Source: Sphyrna mokarran
Lineage: Eukaryota
DNA: 64,000 bases
Direction: 5' to 3'
Assembly: GCA_024679065.1 (NCBI GenBank)
Contig: JAGIQG010000029.1
Location: 12,710,001 to 12,774,000, forward strand
Below are positions 60,770-64,000 of the stretch, piece after piece (the first letter of the stretch is position 1; each line of letters begins with the position of its first letter). Made by a program: the position numbers and the translations under genes. Under the pieces are notes generated by a model. The model saw only the letters and a program-made list of their open reading frames with translations, ran no database searches and had not been told where the DNA came from.

Positions 60770-61150
60770 CTATCTCAGATTAAGGATATGAACTCCATTC
60801 CAGGAAACTGACTCCAGAGTCAGAACCATATGTCAGTGGAGTATTGAAGGAATCCTGAACTGTTCAAAGTGCTGCCTTTCCATTGAGACAATAAACTGAG
60901 ATTCCAAAATCCCATGATACTATTCAAAGACAAACAGTGGAAGTTTGCCTGCTCACATGGTTGAGACTTGTGCCTCAATCAACACTGCTTAAAAAAAAAA
61001 TAATTGGTCATTTATTCCATTGCTGTTTGTGGAACCTTGTGCATTAACTGGCAACCACCTTTGCATATGTTACATGAATAACTGCACTTCAAAACCATGT
61101 GGGCTGCAAAGTCCTTTGAGTTGTTCTGAATCATGAAAGGCATAGAAATG
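60770..61150 (+). mobile_element. SacSINE1-like Deu-SINE
   Basis: GTGCTGCCTTTCCATTGAGACAATAAACTGAG...AATCCCATGATACTATT...TTGCTGTTTGTGGAACCTTG...CATGAAAGGC. Confidence 0.7.
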
Positions 61151-61728
61151 TATCGAGGATAGAGCACCTGATCTTGCGAAGCATCAAAGTACAGCTTATA
61201 AAATAAAATGTTTTTGAATATCTTGTACCATTTAAACAGAATGAAATCTTAATTAAAAATACTTTGCCAGGCACTGCATCTTCAAATATCTCATTTCATG
61301 GCAATCGTTTTGTTGCTTTGTAACAAAATGCCAAGTAATTGGCCTTTGACTGAGTTGTGACTGAAGCGTTTGCCTCAATCAGGTGAAACATGCGGGAAAT
61401 AACAAACCATTAAACACTGATGCACCATGAAATGTGAAGTTTTAGTGCCTATCCTATATAGAACTGTGTTTGGTCTGGGTGGTTTTGCGTAACATATTTG
61501 AGAAACTGAGAATGCACAAACACTTGAATCATCAATGTAATGCTGACATAATAAAACAATGTGTTAAACATTGTTCTTTAACATTAGGTTTTGATTCTGA
61601 AAGCTTGTATCCCCAATATACACTTCATTCTATCTTGGTTGTATACTTATATTAATTCGTGGGACATGTGTTGCTAGCCGACCAGCAACTATTGTCATTG
61701 TTAGTTGTCCTTGGAGCACAGTTGAGAG

Positions 61729-62471
61729 TATAATAACTCCCCAGAGGCGAAAAGTCCTCTCACCAAGTTACTTTATTTACACCATACATCTGAACACAAC
61801 CAACTCTCCAGTTGCTCTTTGCTGAATGCAGGCTGGGAGTCTGACACACCTGCTTTAAATAGGGAGCATGAGGCTCCCTGATTTCACCATTAATTAGGAC
61901 TCATCAGGTATCCCTTTTCAATACCAATCAAATAAACAAACTCAAATTCACTAAGGGGCAAATTAAAAAGGGCAGCCATCCCCCGTGCAAAAAAAGGAGG
62001 GGGGACAACCTGAACCAAAAATCAAATCACAAAGGAAACTTAAAATATCAAGCCAAAAGATGATTGTCGGGATTGATAATATACTCCAGCCCCTGTGGTG
62101 CCCAGTGGATGCAGAAAGCGTGAACTGCGCCTGTTGACACTGCGTGCTCCCTTTCCGGGGATACCCGGCTATGAATATAGCCGCAGTAGAAAGGCAGACA
62201 GTCAGGATGGGTGATCCCATCGATTGCCTGCTTTCTGGACTTGTTGATGACACGCCTCGCCAGTCCCAGGAGCAGGTTCCTGAAAAGATCATCCTCCCGA
62301 TCCACACCCTTCCGCACCAGGTGCCCGTAAATCAGGAGCCTGGGACTGAAGTACAAACAAAACACCAGTAAAAGGTTTTTGAGAAAACTGAAAAGTATGT
62401 GCCAGCTAAGGACTCATCAGGTAGTTTAAACTCTAGCAAGCCAACCTATTGGCCTGGCTGAAGTCATCACA
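61729..62471 (-). mobile_element. Solo LTR (LTR-2, 230 bp without insert) with a 5-bp TSD GAGAG
   Basis: GAGAG at 61724-61728 and 62472-62476; minus strand begins TGTGATGAC, has TATTTAAA and AATAAA, and ends GGGGAGTTATTATA. Confidence 0.8.
61911..62408 (-). mobile_element. Tx1-clade LINE 3' fragment, copy 3, with a 15-bp TSD
   Basis: ORF 62048-62365(-) FSPRLLIYGHLVRKG...LLLGLARRVINKSR...DCLPFYCGYIHSRVSPEREHAVSTG...WAPQGLE resembles a Tx1 ORF2 C-terminus; AGGACTCATCAGGTA at 61896-61910 and 62409-62423. Confidence 0.85.
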
Positions 62472-64000
62472 GAGAGTTAACCACATTGCAGTGGCTCTGA
62501 ATTTACGTGTAAGCCAGACCAGGCAAAGATGCTGATTTCCTTCCCTAAAGGACATTCATGAACCAGATGGATTTTTCCAACAATAGACAATGGTTTCAAA
62601 GTCATCAGTGGATTCTTAAATCGAGCTATTTTTTTTCCTTGAAATCAATTTCCACCATCTGCTGCAGCGTGATTCGAACCTGAGTCATCGGAACATTAGC
62701 TGAGTTTTTGGATTAATAGTCTAGTGATATTACTATTAGCTCGTTGCCTCTCTGCCAACACAATCAATTTACTTCAAAGTAAAAATAATATTTATGTGTA
62801 TAAATGTATGTGTGCGTATAATCTTCATATTTCTAAGCTTTTCTCTTGGGGGGGTGAGAGATTGCATGGGCTTGAGACCAGATAATTTTGGTGGAATGTG
62901 TTTTGTTTTAGCCACAATAGCTGGTTTAATTTCTTCATTCTTTGATATTTATCTCATAAAGGTGATTAGTTGCAGTGTTTCTCCAAAAAAAGGCCGTACA
63001 TTAACATAGTCACAAAGCAATTAAGCGTCTTTGGTCTTTTCAGTTGACTTCAGCTGAGGCTCTGCAAGAGTCTGCAGCCAGAGGGCTTTGCATTCAAGCA
63101 GAAGCCAAAGTACATAAGAAAAGCGGACTTCCCAACACTGGAGGTTGGAATCTTATCACCTTTCGCGTCAATGGGGGCAATGGAGCAGAAGTAGGAAATA
63201 ATAGTAGGAGTATAAAGAGACAAATCAACTTCAGAGTTACACTGCTATTGGTGAATAGAAGCCTATTCATAATGTTCATTCCTTTGACATCCTCTTAGTT
63301 TGCCAATTTTGCCAATCTTCAGGTCATTCAAAACTGAGGAAAGGAAACTCACTATTAGTGTCCCATTGTTTCTGGCTGTTAAGGGATTAGTTTTCATTTT
63401 GTAGTGTGCACGTGAAAAAGGCCGAATTTGAAGGTGTCATTTTGAATGGTACCAGCAGAATGCAGCATTGCCAACCCAGCCAGCTGCATACTCAATAAGT
63501 TGTACTAAGATTGGAACAATAGGTGTGTGTGCTAAAATCTATTGTGTTTTTTGTGGTGTGTTTGATGTGCTCCAGCTGAGCAGTTCAAGCTGTGAACCTC
63601 ATCTTCAGCAGTCCAATAGTCCACTTTATCGTTGGCCTTGTTTGAGGAATGGATAGCATTGTCCCCCTCCTCTGTTGTAGTTTGTGGGTACCACTTTGGC
63701 ATCAGGTCCTCTATTATCATCTCTTGTCATCAGGGACTCAAACCTGCAGCAAATGAAGAGGAGCAAACACTTGTGGCACCTGAGGATGTACAAACTGTGG
63801 GAACTTCCTGGGTGGCTAGACACAACAAAAAGGTTTGCAAGGGCCAGCTGTACACAGAGTGAAAACTCTTAGTTTTTGGATGCTGCTCAATATGAGAGGG
63901 ATATCTGCCACATTTTAACTCCAATACTTTCTATCTCCCTTTCACTCATCAACCTCCCTATACCCTCCTTCCCCTCACCTTCCCTCGCTACTTTCCTCTG

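Larger units (their letters stand above)
61650..62755 (-). mobile_element. tRNA-derived SINE (family of 33095-33475) split by the solo LTR
   Basis: ...GCACAGTTGAGAG | TTAACCACATTGCAGTGGCTCTG...CCTTCCCTAAAGGACATT...GAACCAGATGG is the reverse of the 33095 family. Confidence 0.75.

Noticed and set aside
63410-63870. Cluster of overlapping short ORFs in higher-GC sequence
   Set aside because: No recognisable domain in any frame; possibly an old TE, which I cannot assign.

Overview
Non-coding vertebrate genomic DNA, almost certainly from a cartilaginous fish (shark). The repeat set is HE1-type V-SINEs, SacSINE1-like Deu-SINEs, CR1/HER1 LINEs, Rex1/Babar LINEs, Tx1-clade LINE ends, Penelope-like fragments, Harbinger-type MITEs and short solo LTRs. 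I found no host protein-coding gene, rRNA, intact tRNA or CRISPR array. Every long ORF in the track is a retrotransposon fragment or a repeat artefact, so the window looks like a large intron or gene desert with some repeat-free AT-rich stretches that may be regulatory. The most notable structure is a ~230-bp solo-LTR family present three times. Two copies (42066-43245, 61729-62471) carry a Tx1-clade LINE 3' end inserted at the same position and orientation, and the third (30249-30479) shows the empty site. This suggests a Tx1 family that targets another transposon's LTR; one of the two inserts is a tRNA-Ile-head/Tx1-tail chimera. A third Tx1 copy (7136-7500) is not in this LTR. Other points: a highly diverged CR1-type RT fossil (40370-40860), a V-SINE body with the same non-tRNA head present twice, a CR1 with a V-SINE inside its 3' UTR, a self-nested inverted CR1 and a minimal hammerhead ribozyme. 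All alignments were made by eye, family names come from recalled consensus sequences, and repeat boundaries are approximate (about 10-20 bp) unless a TSD is quoted.
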